Shown here: positions 34,677 through 45,172 of the stretch, in pieces
How positions within the stretch are numbered: the stretch's first letter is position 1
Layout: every line of letters starts with the position of its first letter
Source of the DNA: a virus
Taxonomy: Duplodnaviria; Caudoviricetes
DNA length: 64,000 bases
IMG/VR virus record: IMGVR_UViG_3300032007_000009
Direction: 5' to 3' (one strand)
Translations under genes and position numbers: made by a program
Notes under the pieces: generated by a model
The model's database searches: none
What the model saw: the letters and a program-made list of their open reading frames with translations, nothing else
What the model was told of the DNA's origin: nothing

Positions 34677-36629
34677 TTAGAATAAACCTAATTTATCTCC
34701 AATTGTAGAACCAAGATTTTTTGAACCTGTCGTTAGCCAATCTTTAATGTCAAAATTAGATATTATATTTTTTGTTTTTTCCCAGTCTAAAGCAGAATAA
34801 TTACTAACTTTTGATTGTTCATATGCAATTGCATTTTTTGGATCATATGTATAAGATCTCATGGTATTAATATTTGTACCATCTTTAAGTGCTTTAAGTT
34901 TTTGTTTATAATAAGCTGAACCTATTCCATAATCTCCATAAATATTTCCTTGTGGTGCATATACTGATTTAGAAGAACCCATTAATCCTAAAGCAAAATT
35001 AGTACCTAAACTACCTAATAAATTATTGTTTTCTGTAAACATATTATTCATAATTGCTTCAGTTGCATCAACAGCTTTCTTATATGATCTAGGACTATCT
35101 AATATACCTAATATTGTTCCACCTTGTGTATTACTTCCAAATGTATCTTGTAATGCTTTATATCTTCTTAATTGAGCGTCATGTGCTTGTTTATATTTAA
35201 TTAATGTTTGTTTTGTATCTCCATTTATTTGAAAATTAGAATAATTATTAAAATAAAAACCATTAGTACCGAACATCATTTCATAAAATTCATTCATTTG
35301 ATGTTCTACACAAGTATCATATTTTATAATTATTTCATTACCACCTAATTGATATGGGGTTTCATTTGTTAAAACATCTGGAATAATTTTTGCAAATGAT
35401 TCCATATCAAATTCACAATTATATAATGAATATATTTTAAATGATGGTATATCTGAATATATACTTTCATCTTCATTACTTCGATAATTATTATTTCCAA
35501 TTAATGGGCTACTAGTACCACCTAAATTTTTATATTTTACTATATCTCCTTTTTTACTTGCATAAGTAAATCCCAAAAATTCTTTACTTTGATTTGTTGT
35601 ATATGATGTATGTAAATATCTTAATGGTGTTTGAAATAAAATAATTGACATATTAAATTTACGAAGATTTTCAGGTATTATTTCCTTATGATTATAATCA
35701 TCAAAACATGCAAATTTATATAATGACATTAATGTCGTAAGTCTCATATCTATTGCATCATGCATTACCTCAATAGATATGGTTCTATCTTTACTAAATT
35801 CTGTTAATACTGGATTTGATAATTTATCTAAACCTTTAACAGATTTAAAATACCAAGGAGCATTAGTATTAATATAACTTAATATAGAAGCAAATTTATA
35901 TAAAGCATTAATTCTATCTGCAGGTCTTTCTTGTAAATAATCATCACCAAGATAATTTAAGTATTTTGCAGCTGTATTAACTCCACTAGTCAAATATGCA
36001 GAATTAAGTAAAGATCCAAATAAACCATGACTAGTATTAAAATCAAAAAATATTTTAAAATAAAACCAACCAGGTTCATCAAATATATTTCCTACTTGTT
36101 TTTGCCATAATGCTCTTTCATTAATAAAGTCTTGATAACCCCAATCAGGTAACTTTAATTTAAATATATCACTAAGTGATGAATTATTAATTTGTCCTCC
36201 ATCTTTAATATTTTGGGCTGTATAAAAATTCTTATCTTTAGATATTTTATGTACATTTATTAATTCATTACCTCTATATTTTAATAATTCATCATCTTCA
36301 TTATATTTTTTTACAATTTTTTTATCAATAGATGATGTTTCCATTCTTTCCCTGCTATTTGTCTGTCCATTTAACATATTTTCAGTAGTACCTTCAAATA
36401 TATCTGATTCAGTATTAGAACTTCCATAAGTAGATGATAATTGATCAACATATTGTTTACTAATTCCTTTAATATGTCCGCTTGCATCATATTCATATTC
36501 TTCATAACCTTGTTTACCCGTCATATTACGTTGACCAGTTCCTTCTAAAAAACCATTAATAATTCCACTTCTAAGATTTTCTTTAGCAGCATTAGTTACA
36601 GTAGTTGCTATACTTGATAAAAAACCCAT
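34677..36629 (-). CDS. Putative virion structural protein
   Basis: In - strand baseplate/tail cluster; no family recognised. Confidence 0.55.
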   Translation of the reverse strand: MGFLSSIATTVTNAAKENLRSGIINGFLEGTGQRNMTGKQGYEEYEYDASGHIKGISKQYVDQLSSTYGSSNTESDIFEGTTENMLNGQTNSRERMETSSIDKKIVKKYNEDDELLKYRGNELINVHKISKDKNFYTAQNIKDGGQINNSSLSDIFKLKLPDWGYQDFINERALWQKQVGNIFDEPGWFYFKIFFDFNTSHGLFGSLLNSAYLTSGVNTAAKYLNYLGDDYLQERPADRINALYKFASILSYINTNAPWYFKSVKGLDKLSNPVLTEFSKDRTISIEVMHDAIDMRLTTLMSLYKFACFDDYNHKEIIPENLRKFNMSIILFQTPLRYLHTSYTTNQSKEFLGFTYASKKGDIVKYKNLGGTSSPLIGNNNYRSNEDESIYSDIPSFKIYSLYNCEFDMESFAKIIPDVLTNETPYQLGGNEIIIKYDTCVEHQMNEFYEMMFGTNGFYFNNYSNFQINGDTKQTLIKYKQAHDAQLRRYKALQDTFGSNTQGGTILGILDSPRSYKKAVDATEAIMNNMFTENNNLLGSLGTNFALGLMGSSKSVYAPQGNIYGDYGIGSAYYKQKLKALKDGTNINTMRSYTYDPKNAIAYEQSKVSNYSALDWEKTKNIISNFDIKDWLTTGSKNLGSTIGDKLGLF

Positions 36630-36646
36630 TATTTAATTTAATATTT

Positions 36647-37624
36647 TTATAAATAATATCCAAAAGTATTTGTTAACTGCATATCTTTATTTACAACAGA
36701 ATTTTCATTTAAATATTTAAATGGTATTTCATATTCTATATTATTTACTTTTGAATACATTTTTGCAGAACCTTTGATATAGTTTAAATATATAACTTCA
36801 GAATCTAATATATTTTCATTAGTAATTTTTAATTTAGATATATCATAATCAGACATTTTTTGATAATAGTTCCAATAATTTGTTAAATCAATTTTAATTT
36901 TTGTATATGGTTTACCATTATGAATAATTATAACTTCAGATGGCATCCAATATTCTGTGTTTTTTAATTCAATTATACGATGTGATTTTTTATAATATTC
37001 GCAAGCTTTATCAAATATATCTTTATAAATATTTTCATTAATTGTTTTTATTAAATTTTCTAAATTATTTTTAACATCATTATTTATGTAATTAATACCT
37101 GGTTCTAATGAAATATAAATGTATCCATCTTCATTATAAACAATATTACAATAATAATTTTCTGTATTAGTATTATTATTCTTATATTGTCTAAAATCAT
37201 TAATTCTGTTTTTATTTATATTGACAATATTATATAACATAATTGTCGCAATATCATTATTTACTAAATAATCAATAATATCATTTATATGATTATCTAA
37301 TATATCTGTAATTTCTAATAAGAATTGCTTATTATTAATTTCTAATGAATTTAATTTCTCATATAATATAGAATTTTTATCATTTAATAAATTTATAAAT
37401 TCCTGTTCATAATCTTCATTAGAATTTAAGCAATTTAATAAAATGTATAAAAAATTATTATCTATATATTTAGATACATAAGATTTTATATATTTATCTA
37501 ATGCATCATTAAATAATTCTTTATGAATAATGTTATATTTATCTGATACATATTCATTTAATGCAACAGGTCTAGAATCATATAACATATTATTATAATT
37601 AGATATTGATTCGTAATGTTTCAT
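36647..37624 (-). CDS. Hypothetical protein
   Basis: ORF track. Confidence 0.65.
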   Translation of the reverse strand: MKHYESISNYNNMLYDSRPVALNEYVSDKYNIIHKELFNDALDKYIKSYVSKYIDNNFLYILLNCLNSNEDYEQEFINLLNDKNSILYEKLNSLEINNKQFLLEITDILDNHINDIIDYLVNNDIATIMLYNIVNINKNRINDFRQYKNNNTNTENYYCNIVYNEDGYIYISLEPGINYINNDVKNNLENLIKTINENIYKDIFDKACEYYKKSHRIIELKNTEYWMPSEVIIIHNGKPYTKIKIDLTNYWNYYQKMSDYDISKLKITNENILDSEVIYLNYIKGSAKMYSKVNNIEYEIPFKYLNENSVVNKDMQLTNTFGYYL

Positions 37625-39190
37625 TTAATTTTTAGAATTAATTTTAAATTTAGGTACTGTATGTAAATTATTATAACCAGAATTCTGTCCTTTACAAAAT
37701 AATGTTAATGTTTGATATATTTTACCAGCATTGGTATCATATTCAAATTCTATTCCATCTACATAATACCAATCGGTTAATTTTAAATTCAATACTTGTT
37801 CTCCTTCAGATTCAGATAAATTTAAAGATTCTTTATATTCTACATCTATATCATCTGGTTTAACATCATTTGAACCCAAAATATTACTTGCTTGTGATAA
37901 CATTATTTGTTTATTAAATGTATCTTGTTCATAAATTTGTATACCTATTAAAGTACCGCGTTGTATTCCCAAATTAACATTTTCCAATGTAACTTTCAAT
38001 AATGATTGACGTTTTTTTCTAAAGAAATGACTACGTATTGCCTTTTGCGTTTGTAAATCATATCCGTCTTCATTAAAATTAAAATGGGGAATTGGTCGGT
38101 TTGCCCCTGTATTATATTCCTCTAAATGTTCACCATCTACAGAATTTTGTTTTGTCTGAATTTCTAATGTATCTAATTTAGTATATGTTCCTTCCCAATT
38201 AATTGTATAAATTCTTTCTAATGTTCCTTTGTATATTGCATCATTATCTGAAACTAATTTATATGATTTAATAAACATATTTGAATTCAAAGGCATTTTA
38301 TTTAAGTTTGTAAATATTCTAGGAACCGTTGTAGGTTCTGATTTTCCAATACCTTGAGAAGTTCCATCTACACCAACATTAGCAATAATAGTTAATTCGT
38401 TTTCTTCAATATTTTGTTTTAATATCCAAGGTATATTAACTAACACAATATAATTATAAGGATCAATCCATGCATCTAATATATTATCTTCATCAGTACC
38501 TGAAAATTCTAATTGTTGTTTAATAAATTCACTAAATCTTGTAGTATGTATATTTCTTATTAATCTATCTTCAACTTCCTTTGTTTGTTTAGTTGCAGCA
38601 AAACCTAATCCAGTTAAACTTGATATTTTATGTAACATTTCCCAAGTATTTGCTTTTATGTTTCCACCCTTTTGACATTTAGTTGCTGAACATACTGATT
38701 CCATCCAAATATGTCCAGTATTAACTTGTCTTAATGTATCTGCATCATATGTTCCATAATATGTTACAACATCATTTGAATTATTGATACTTACATTAAA
38801 TATTCTAAAATGCATTAATATTTTTTTATATGTTTTATCAACTGGTGATATTATACAAATTCTTATATATCCCATCATTCCTGTTGTATTAATTTTTGTT
38901 TCATTCTGATGTCTATCTTTAATTTTTACAACTATTTCTGGTAAGAAATTTGTAAATGATAAATGCATATATAAAATATCTATTTTTGGTATATTTCTAT
39001 CATTAATAACAATTAATGGATAACATATACCATCTATCTTTAAAGAATCTGAACTTGCATATGGATTAACTACACCATATTCATTTGGTTCAAATCCAAT
39101 ACTTTCAGAAAATAAAGGCATTGCAATATTTTGGGCACTTTTAGCTGGGTCATGTAAAACCTCAGGATCTAACCAATTAACTTCTTTCAT
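37625..39190 (-). CDS. Putative baseplate hub protein
   Basis: Follows gp53-like gene; C-terminal WYYVDGIEFEY..QTLTL typical of hub proteins. Confidence 0.5.
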   Translation of the reverse strand: MKEVNWLDPEVLHDPAKSAQNIAMPLFSESIGFEPNEYGVVNPYASSDSLKIDGICYPLIVINDRNIPKIDILYMHLSFTNFLPEIVVKIKDRHQNETKINTTGMMGYIRICIISPVDKTYKKILMHFRIFNVSINNSNDVVTYYGTYDADTLRQVNTGHIWMESVCSATKCQKGGNIKANTWEMLHKISSLTGLGFAATKQTKEVEDRLIRNIHTTRFSEFIKQQLEFSGTDEDNILDAWIDPYNYIVLVNIPWILKQNIEENELTIIANVGVDGTSQGIGKSEPTTVPRIFTNLNKMPLNSNMFIKSYKLVSDNDAIYKGTLERIYTINWEGTYTKLDTLEIQTKQNSVDGEHLEEYNTGANRPIPHFNFNEDGYDLQTQKAIRSHFFRKKRQSLLKVTLENVNLGIQRGTLIGIQIYEQDTFNKQIMLSQASNILGSNDVKPDDIDVEYKESLNLSESEGEQVLNLKLTDWYYVDGIEFEYDTNAGKIYQTLTLFCKGQNSGYNNLHTVPKFKINSKN

Positions 39191-39195
39191 ATATA

Positions 39196-39657
39196 TTAAT
39201 AAAATACTACACCAAGTGATTTATCTATTATGAAATTTGAATCACCAATAATTTGTTCATTTGGTGATCTTGTTTCATTTTTACGTTTTTGATAATTATT
39301 TGTATCTTTCTTTTGTATTGTTTCTGTTTTTTCATCTTCTATAAAATCTGATGGTGTTCTATGTTTTTTTATGCATGATTCTAAATAAGTTATTGAAGGT
39401 ATCAATAAAACATCATCTTCATTAAGTTCAAATGGATTACTAATTCCATTTATCTTGCAAAGTATATCTCCATATTTATCATCCCCATACATTGCTAATG
39501 ATATTAAATCAGGTCTCCCAACATAATATTCATTAACAATAAGTGGATAACCTAATGGTACTATATCTTTATTATATGTATCTGACATTAGGTCTATAAA
39601 TGTTTCGTTATTTCTAGTAACTTCTGATTTTAATTCTATAAGTTTATAATCTAACAT
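39196..39657 (-). CDS. Baseplate wedge protein (T4 gp53/LysM-like)
   Basis: RPDLISLAMYGDDKYGDILCKINGISNPFELNEDDVLLIP. Confidence 0.8.
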   Translation of the reverse strand: MLDYKLIELKSEVTRNNETFIDLMSDTYNKDIVPLGYPLIVNEYYVGRPDLISLAMYGDDKYGDILCKINGISNPFELNEDDVLLIPSITYLESCIKKHRTPSDFIEDEKTETIQKKDTNNYQKRKNETRSPNEQIIGDSNFIIDKSLGVVFY

Positions 39658-39749
39658 ATATTAATATTATTTATATATAAAAATAAATAAAGATACTGAA
39701 AGTGGAGATATTAATATCCCCACTTTATTTAGTATAATATAATTATTAA

Positions 39750-40511
39750 TTATGCTCCTCTTACATAAATATTATTACCAATTCTTAAATAGTTTAATTC
39801 AGCATAACCACCAACAGGAATTACAACGGTTAATGTATCTCCATCAGGAACTTTAAGTAAACATCCTTCAGGTATAGCACTATTATCTGAATGTGATGAA
39901 TTTTGTGGAACTGTTATGGTTACTTCATTTTCAGTATTAGTATTTATATATATTATATCCCATACTTCTTTATTACCAAGAGCTGGTGTATTAGGTACAT
40001 GATATGCATGATTTACATCTTCTGCAATATCAACAGTTGTTACATATGAACGATTAAGTTTATTTGTATAAGAATTTTCTACAACAATATTATTATAAAC
40101 TAATGTACATAATTTATTAAATATTGATAAAAATTCTGAAGAATCAGATATTACTTTATCATTACCATTTTCTAAATTACCGTTTTCAATAATTGCACCA
40201 TTCCAGTTAATGAATAATATACCTAATCCTTTATTACATAAATCTAATGGACGATCCCATGATGGGTCACCATTTGCCATTAATCTTCTAAAACTTGATT
40301 CACTTAAATTTGTAAATGCATTAGTATAACCACCCAATCCTTTACCTAAATGAGTAGAAATATCGGTATATACTACACCATTAATTTCTTTACCAACTAT
40401 ATTAGTTCCTTTCCAATTTATTTCGTCGGTTAATATGCTTTTATTATTATTTCCATATTCATACTTTTGGTTTTTTTCACTATATCGGTATTGTCTAATA
40501 TCTAAAGCCAT
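39750..40511 (-). CDS. Putative virion/fibre-associated protein
   Basis: Beta-rich C-terminus, structural cluster. Confidence 0.5.
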   Translation of the reverse strand: MALDIRQYRYSEKNQKYEYGNNNKSILTDEINWKGTNIVGKEINGVVYTDISTHLGKGLGGYTNAFTNLSESSFRRLMANGDPSWDRPLDLCNKGLGILFINWNGAIIENGNLENGNDKVISDSSEFLSIFNKLCTLVYNNIVVENSYTNKLNRSYVTTVDIAEDVNHAYHVPNTPALGNKEVWDIIYINTNTENEVTITVPQNSSHSDNSAIPEGCLLKVPDGDTLTVVIPVGGYAELNYLRIGNNIYVRGA

Positions 40512-40513
40512 AA

Positions 40514-43465
40514 TTAATTATTTTGATTTATTTTTATATTAAATTGAAAATCTATTTCATGAAATAAATATACGTTGTATACTCCTTTATTTATTGTAAT
40601 ATTATTATATTGTTTTACAACAGTTTCATTTTCTCCAATAATATTTAATAAATTATTATCCATAGCATCAGTTACAGATAAGAATTGTGGTAATACTACA
40701 AGATAATCATTTGTGTCAAATGGAGTAGGAGTTTCTCCTTCTGTATATAATAAAATATTTTCACCATTATTTGTACCATTTGATACATAACTTGTTGTAT
40801 TATCTGAATTATATCTTAAACTACCATATTGTAATCTTCCATTTATTAACTTACCTAAATAACTCCATCCTCCATAATAATAAATAATACCATCATTAGT
40901 ATTTGCATTTGCTAATCTTAATCCATAATTTTTATCACCTGTATTAGTACCAAATGTTGGAATTTCATTTAATATTTCTACTGTGTTTGTATCATCATTA
41001 AGAATATAATTACTATTTGGTAATTCAGTATATACACCATTATTTTGTGTAAATTTTTGAGCCGATATGTATATTAACCATTCAATTTCTAATTTCTTAA
41101 ACAATACATATGGTTTATCAACAGAAGTTAACTGATTATTATAATTAGGGTCTGTATAAATTAATTCTAAATATATATTTGTATTTTCTTCAGTGTTTTC
41201 ATCTGAATGATATGTTAGTTTACTATTAACAATTTCTAAATATGTTTTATCTAAGTTATCATCATTTTGATTATTTATCTTATTATCACTATTTAATGGT
41301 CCTATTTTTATTGCATTTTTAATATCTGATAAATTAGTAAATATATAATTATAAGCATTAATAATTTGTCCATTATAATATTTGAATTTGATAGTTTCAT
41401 TATCAGTTAAGTTTTTATCTATTGTAACATCTAATCCACTATCAACTCCATTTGATGTAACTAATTCATTATTATACTTAAATTGTAATCCTTTATTAAT
41501 ACTAATTTCTATTAATCTATCAGCATTAATATTTTTTATAAATGTTTGATCACCATCTGTATTGTATCCATGATATGAAAATAACCAAACTAAACTATTG
41601 TTATGAGCAGTTCCTGATGAATAAGTTCTAAATATAAATGGAACTTTAATAGTATATCTTGCATTAATTACAATTGTTTCAGGTAAAACATTTTCTTCAG
41701 TCCCGTATGATATACATTGAGGTTCATTATCATAAATAATTGTTGCATGATTTTGTGCAGCTGGTTCAATATTATCTTTGAATCTTAATTTAATATCTAA
41801 ATAATCATTTGGATCTGTAGAATTTTGTTTATCATTAATATTTAATTTAACAAATGTATTAGAACTAATATTTTCAGAAGCAGTTATTCTATTAGAAAAT
41901 AATGCAAATACATCACCAGTTGATAAAGGATATAATATTTGTCCAGATGTTAAAGTATATTCTAAAGTTCCCCAATTTAAATTAGGTATTTCTAATCCTT
42001 CATAAGTACATTTATATACATTATAATTATGAGTTTCATTGTTTTCATCTACTACGTTTGAATCATATATAATAGTCTGTACTATTGTATCATTTACAGT
42101 ATCTTCTTTAACAATAATAAATCTTAATAATGTACTATCTGGATTACCATTATTATTTTTATATGTAAATGATTCTGGTGCTTTAATAGTAAATTCAAAT
42201 TTATTAGAATAATTAGTAGTATTATCTTTTTTATTTAATCTAATATATTCAGAAGTTGAACCTTCATCTATATCAGTTATAGTAAACCCATTTGATAATG
42301 TCAAAATACTAGATAAATCACTTGAAGTAATTTCTGCATCAGATGATGTTACATATAATTTTAAATTTCTTACAAATTTAGGATTAATCTGTAAAGATAG
42401 TTTCTTTGTAGCATTAGGCATTATAAATATATTGTTTGAAACTACTTCATTATTTGCATATAATTTAATGTCATCAGAATTATTATATGTAAAGTTAATT
42501 AATGTATTTGAACGATTAACTCTTATACCTTTTGTAAAATAACTACTTAATGTACTAAATTTAAATGCTAAATTTGGCTTATTTATTCCACTATCAGGTA
42601 AATTCTTATTAACTTTAACTCTATACATTACATATAACGCAGGTTTTCTTCCACCTTCAGAAAACTCTTTATATGGTATACCCCAAGTTACTTTTTCAAT
42701 TAAACTAATTTCTTCTAAATTATATACAGTATATCCTTCGTTATTAGTTTCTGTGATACTTGTACAATATTCTGGAGCCTTTTCACAATTACCAATTAAT
42801 TCATATGTTGAAATATCACTGTTTTGTGAATCTGATAAAATATTAAATGATGTAATAGGAACTGATATTAATGAATTATATGATGATGCTTCAAATCTAA
42901 CTATCATATAAAATATATTATCTTTAGAATCAATAGTATCAATATTCCAAATATAATCAACTGAATTATTTCTAGGCATATCTTTTAGTCTAGAATCTGT
43001 ACTTAATGTATCCCAATCCCATCCTTCTGTATTATTGTTATTAATAGTTGTTCCATTTGCATTACTTATTGTATCTTTATCGATGTATACACATAAGTTA
43101 TCATTAGAATCTTTATAAAAAATTGAACTTAATTCATAATTATCAACTTTTGCTTGTGTATTAAGTGAAAGCAAACCAGATTCTTGATCAAAATTTAACA
43201 CAATTGAATATGTATCCATACTAATTGAATTATTAACTTGATCAACATTAATAAATTTTGTTAAACGGTTTCCTCCAAGCCAAATATTTCCTGAACCTTT
43301 ATTATTTGCATTAGGTTTAATACCATCTCTGACACCAGATTCAGTTTGTTCGGTAACGATAACAGCAAATGGATAATCATTAGATAATTCATGTGCAGCA
43401 TCTTCAGTAGGAATATTATTTACAAATGCGATTTTTTCAAATAAAGATATATCGTTGTTATTCAT
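40514..43465 (-). CDS. Large Asn/Thr-rich putative virion protein
   Basis: 983-aa ORF, structural cluster. Confidence 0.6.
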   Translation of the reverse strand: MNNNDISLFEKIAFVNNIPTEDAAHELSNDYPFAVIVTEQTESGVRDGIKPNANNKGSGNIWLGGNRLTKFINVDQVNNSISMDTYSIVLNFDQESGLLSLNTQAKVDNYELSSIFYKDSNDNLCVYIDKDTISNANGTTINNNNTEGWDWDTLSTDSRLKDMPRNNSVDYIWNIDTIDSKDNIFYMIVRFEASSYNSLISVPITSFNILSDSQNSDISTYELIGNCEKAPEYCTSITETNNEGYTVYNLEEISLIEKVTWGIPYKEFSEGGRKPALYVMYRVKVNKNLPDSGINKPNLAFKFSTLSSYFTKGIRVNRSNTLINFTYNNSDDIKLYANNEVVSNNIFIMPNATKKLSLQINPKFVRNLKLYVTSSDAEITSSDLSSILTLSNGFTITDIDEGSTSEYIRLNKKDNTTNYSNKFEFTIKAPESFTYKNNNGNPDSTLLRFIIVKEDTVNDTIVQTIIYDSNVVDENNETHNYNVYKCTYEGLEIPNLNWGTLEYTLTSGQILYPLSTGDVFALFSNRITASENISSNTFVKLNINDKQNSTDPNDYLDIKLRFKDNIEPAAQNHATIIYDNEPQCISYGTEENVLPETIVINARYTIKVPFIFRTYSSGTAHNNSLVWLFSYHGYNTDGDQTFIKNINADRLIEISINKGLQFKYNNELVTSNGVDSGLDVTIDKNLTDNETIKFKYYNGQIINAYNYIFTNLSDIKNAIKIGPLNSDNKINNQNDDNLDKTYLEIVNSKLTYHSDENTEENTNIYLELIYTDPNYNNQLTSVDKPYVLFKKLEIEWLIYISAQKFTQNNGVYTELPNSNYILNDDTNTVEILNEIPTFGTNTGDKNYGLRLANANTNDGIIYYYGGWSYLGKLINGRLQYGSLRYNSDNTTSYVSNGTNNGENILLYTEGETPTPFDTNDYLVVLPQFLSVTDAMDNNLLNIIGENETVVKQYNNITINKGVYNVYLFHEIDFQFNIKINQNN

Positions 43466-43523
43466 TATATCAATTATATTTATATATTTAATAATATTAA
43501 TTTTATGAAACTAATGTTAATAA

Positions 43524-45152
43524 TTAATAATCAGTTTTCATATGATGTAATTTATTTTTTACATTATCTAATGTATTTAAATCTTCATTATATTTTATCC
43601 AATGCATATGATTGAATTCATCATTTAATAGTAAATCCCAAATATAGTTATTATCTATATATTGATTATATTGAGGTGTACTTTCTGGTATACCATTAAT
43701 TTGCATTACAACATCATCAATAGGACTTTCTGAATTACATATTAATCTTAAATGTAATTTTCCTGTAGATTGCATTGGGTTTTCAGTATCTAATAACTTA
43801 ACTTGATAAATTCTACAATTTACTGTTGATAATTCATTAAATGATATTGGTATTATAGTATAATCACTAACAGTGTCTTCTCCTGTTTTTTTATAAATTC
43901 CTGTTGCACCAGTCCAATTAAATTCACTATTAAATGTTACATATTCTATTAAATGTAATTCATAAGATTTACTTATACAGAATGTAAATACATTATACAT
44001 ATTACTTTTTAAATCAATATATACATCAGATATATCTCCATAATTTGTTTTTTCAATATATACTAATGATTTATCAAAATTTAATATATCATTAATGTAT
44101 TTAGGTGTTTCTAAAGCATTTTTTATATTAAGTAAACTATATTTTGTTTCCGCAGGTGCATCTTCTCTGAAATTAAATTCACCAAAGAAATATGATAAAT
44201 AAGATATACCTTTTACATAGAATGGTTTTAATATTATTTTTTCATGTTCTAAAATAATGTTTTCTAATGAAAATATAACATATTTTTTATTCGTAAAATT
44301 CAAATCTGGATATACTTTATATTTTGAAGTAGGTGTTCCTTTAACAGTAACTTGTACAGAATTAATAAGTTGTACACTATCCATACTACTTACAATATAT
44401 TTATCACTAAATGATAAATTGATATATAACTTTCCAGTTTCTGCATTAGTATTGAATTGTTTTTCTTGATATGTTTGTAATTTTAAATTATTATCGAAAT
44501 AATCATTAGAAGATTCATAATAACATATATTAACATTATTAATACCATCAGAATCATGTTTATTATATGAAATAATATAATTAATACTACTAATTTTAGA
44601 ACCAATTGGTAAACTTATACTATCGACATTAGTTATGTCTATTTCTTTTGTTTCTATAATTGATGTTCCATTATTTATTATGTTACCATCAAAATATGTT
44701 AATTTCTTTTCAATATCAATTACTTCAAAATCTTCATAATAAGCAGGTCTATCATGGAAATATACATCATTTAAATTAATTTCATTTTTATTTGAATCAT
44801 ATATAATAAGATCTGGTCTAAAATTATTTAATTTATTATCTACAGTTTTAATAGTAGAAGTAATTGATTCATCTAAATTAGTTAAATGTTTATTAATTTC
44901 AGCATTATCATTTTCGTATGATTTAATTATATATTCTGCAGTTATTAATTCACCTTTAGATTTAAATCCATAACCAGATGCTAAGAATTCATTACCTAAA
45001 TATACATAATTTCTTAATGTGTCATTTTCTTTTGTTTGATATATAATCAAAGCTCCTTTATTTTTTAAAGCTTCAATCATACCAGAATGAGTAGTGACTA
45101 TGCATTTTAAATATTCACCATTAAATCTGCTTAATGTATTTTCTTTATTCAT
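43524..45152 (-). CDS. Putative virion protein
   Basis: 542-aa ORF. Confidence 0.6.
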   Translation of the reverse strand: MNKENTLSRFNGEYLKCIVTTHSGMIEALKNKGALIIYQTKENDTLRNYVYLGNEFLASGYGFKSKGELITAEYIIKSYENDNAEINKHLTNLDESITSTIKTVDNKLNNFRPDLIIYDSNKNEINLNDVYFHDRPAYYEDFEVIDIEKKLTYFDGNIINNGTSIIETKEIDITNVDSISLPIGSKISSINYIISYNKHDSDGINNVNICYYESSNDYFDNNLKLQTYQEKQFNTNAETGKLYINLSFSDKYIVSSMDSVQLINSVQVTVKGTPTSKYKVYPDLNFTNKKYVIFSLENIILEHEKIILKPFYVKGISYLSYFFGEFNFREDAPAETKYSLLNIKNALETPKYINDILNFDKSLVYIEKTNYGDISDVYIDLKSNMYNVFTFCISKSYELHLIEYVTFNSEFNWTGATGIYKKTGEDTVSDYTIIPISFNELSTVNCRIYQVKLLDTENPMQSTGKLHLRLICNSESPIDDVVMQINGIPESTPQYNQYIDNNYIWDLLLNDEFNHMHWIKYNEDLNTLDNVKNKLHHMKTDY

Positions 45153-45172
45153 TTTAAATTCGTTTATAAAAT